Of a stretch of 64,000 bases of DNA, positions 63,757 through 64,000 are shown in pieces. Source of the DNA: Mizuhopecten yessoensis (Eukaryota); the NCBI RefSeq assembly GCF_002113885.1, contig NW_018408899.1, forward strand, positions 333,988-397,987, read 5' to 3'. Below the pieces are notes generated by a model. It was not told where the DNA came from, did no database searches, and worked only from the letters and a program-made list of their open reading frames with translations. Position 1 is the stretch's first letter; each line of letters begins with the position of its first letter. A program made the translations under genes and the position numbers.

Positions 63757-64000
63757 CTGAAAAATACATATATAATGTAACAAGTTTTGACAGGTGTCAA
63801 TTTCAATGCATCAAATATACATGTAATGTAACAAGGTTTGAAAGGTGTCATTTTGACAATGCATCATCGTGCTGAGTTTTATAATTTGTCACTTTTCAAG
63901 GATACCCTGCATGTCTATCTTCACTTCACATGCACAATCAATGACAATAAACAGCAGAGAGTGTAAAGGTATCCAAAGTATATAGATGCCAAATTACAGA

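Overview
AT-rich, intron-containing animal DNA, not prokaryotic. The repeat content (Helentron-associated HINEs, CORE- and Meta-type SINEs, CR1 and RTE-X-like LINEs) points to a bivalve mollusc, possibly a scallop (inference). I reconstructed five genes by hand from splice sites and reading phase. (1) The last 4 coding exons of SSX2IP/ADIP (+). (2) An unrecognised two-exon gene encoding 118 aa (-), with a TATA promoter and dense FOXO, MITF/TFE E-box and CRE motifs. (3) A 12-exon RING-less TRIM-like gene (+; B-box1, B-box2, coiled coil, FN3-like) whose 3.4-kb second exon holds about 50 copies of a 13-aa repeat, one carrying an in-frame TAA. (4) SMIM15 (+). (5) The last 5 coding exons of NDUFAF2 (-), tail-to-tail with SMIM15 as I recall it is in human. 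Two degenerate LINEs lie head-to-head at 44-52.8 kb. The + one encodes a 2A-like DIEQNPGP motif ahead of PHD-APE-RT and has a duplicated stem-loop with compensatory changes in its 3' UTR. Many MITEs and satellite-carrying HINEs fill the rest. Most short ORFs in the supplied track are spurious. No database search was possible, so family names rest on recalled motifs.
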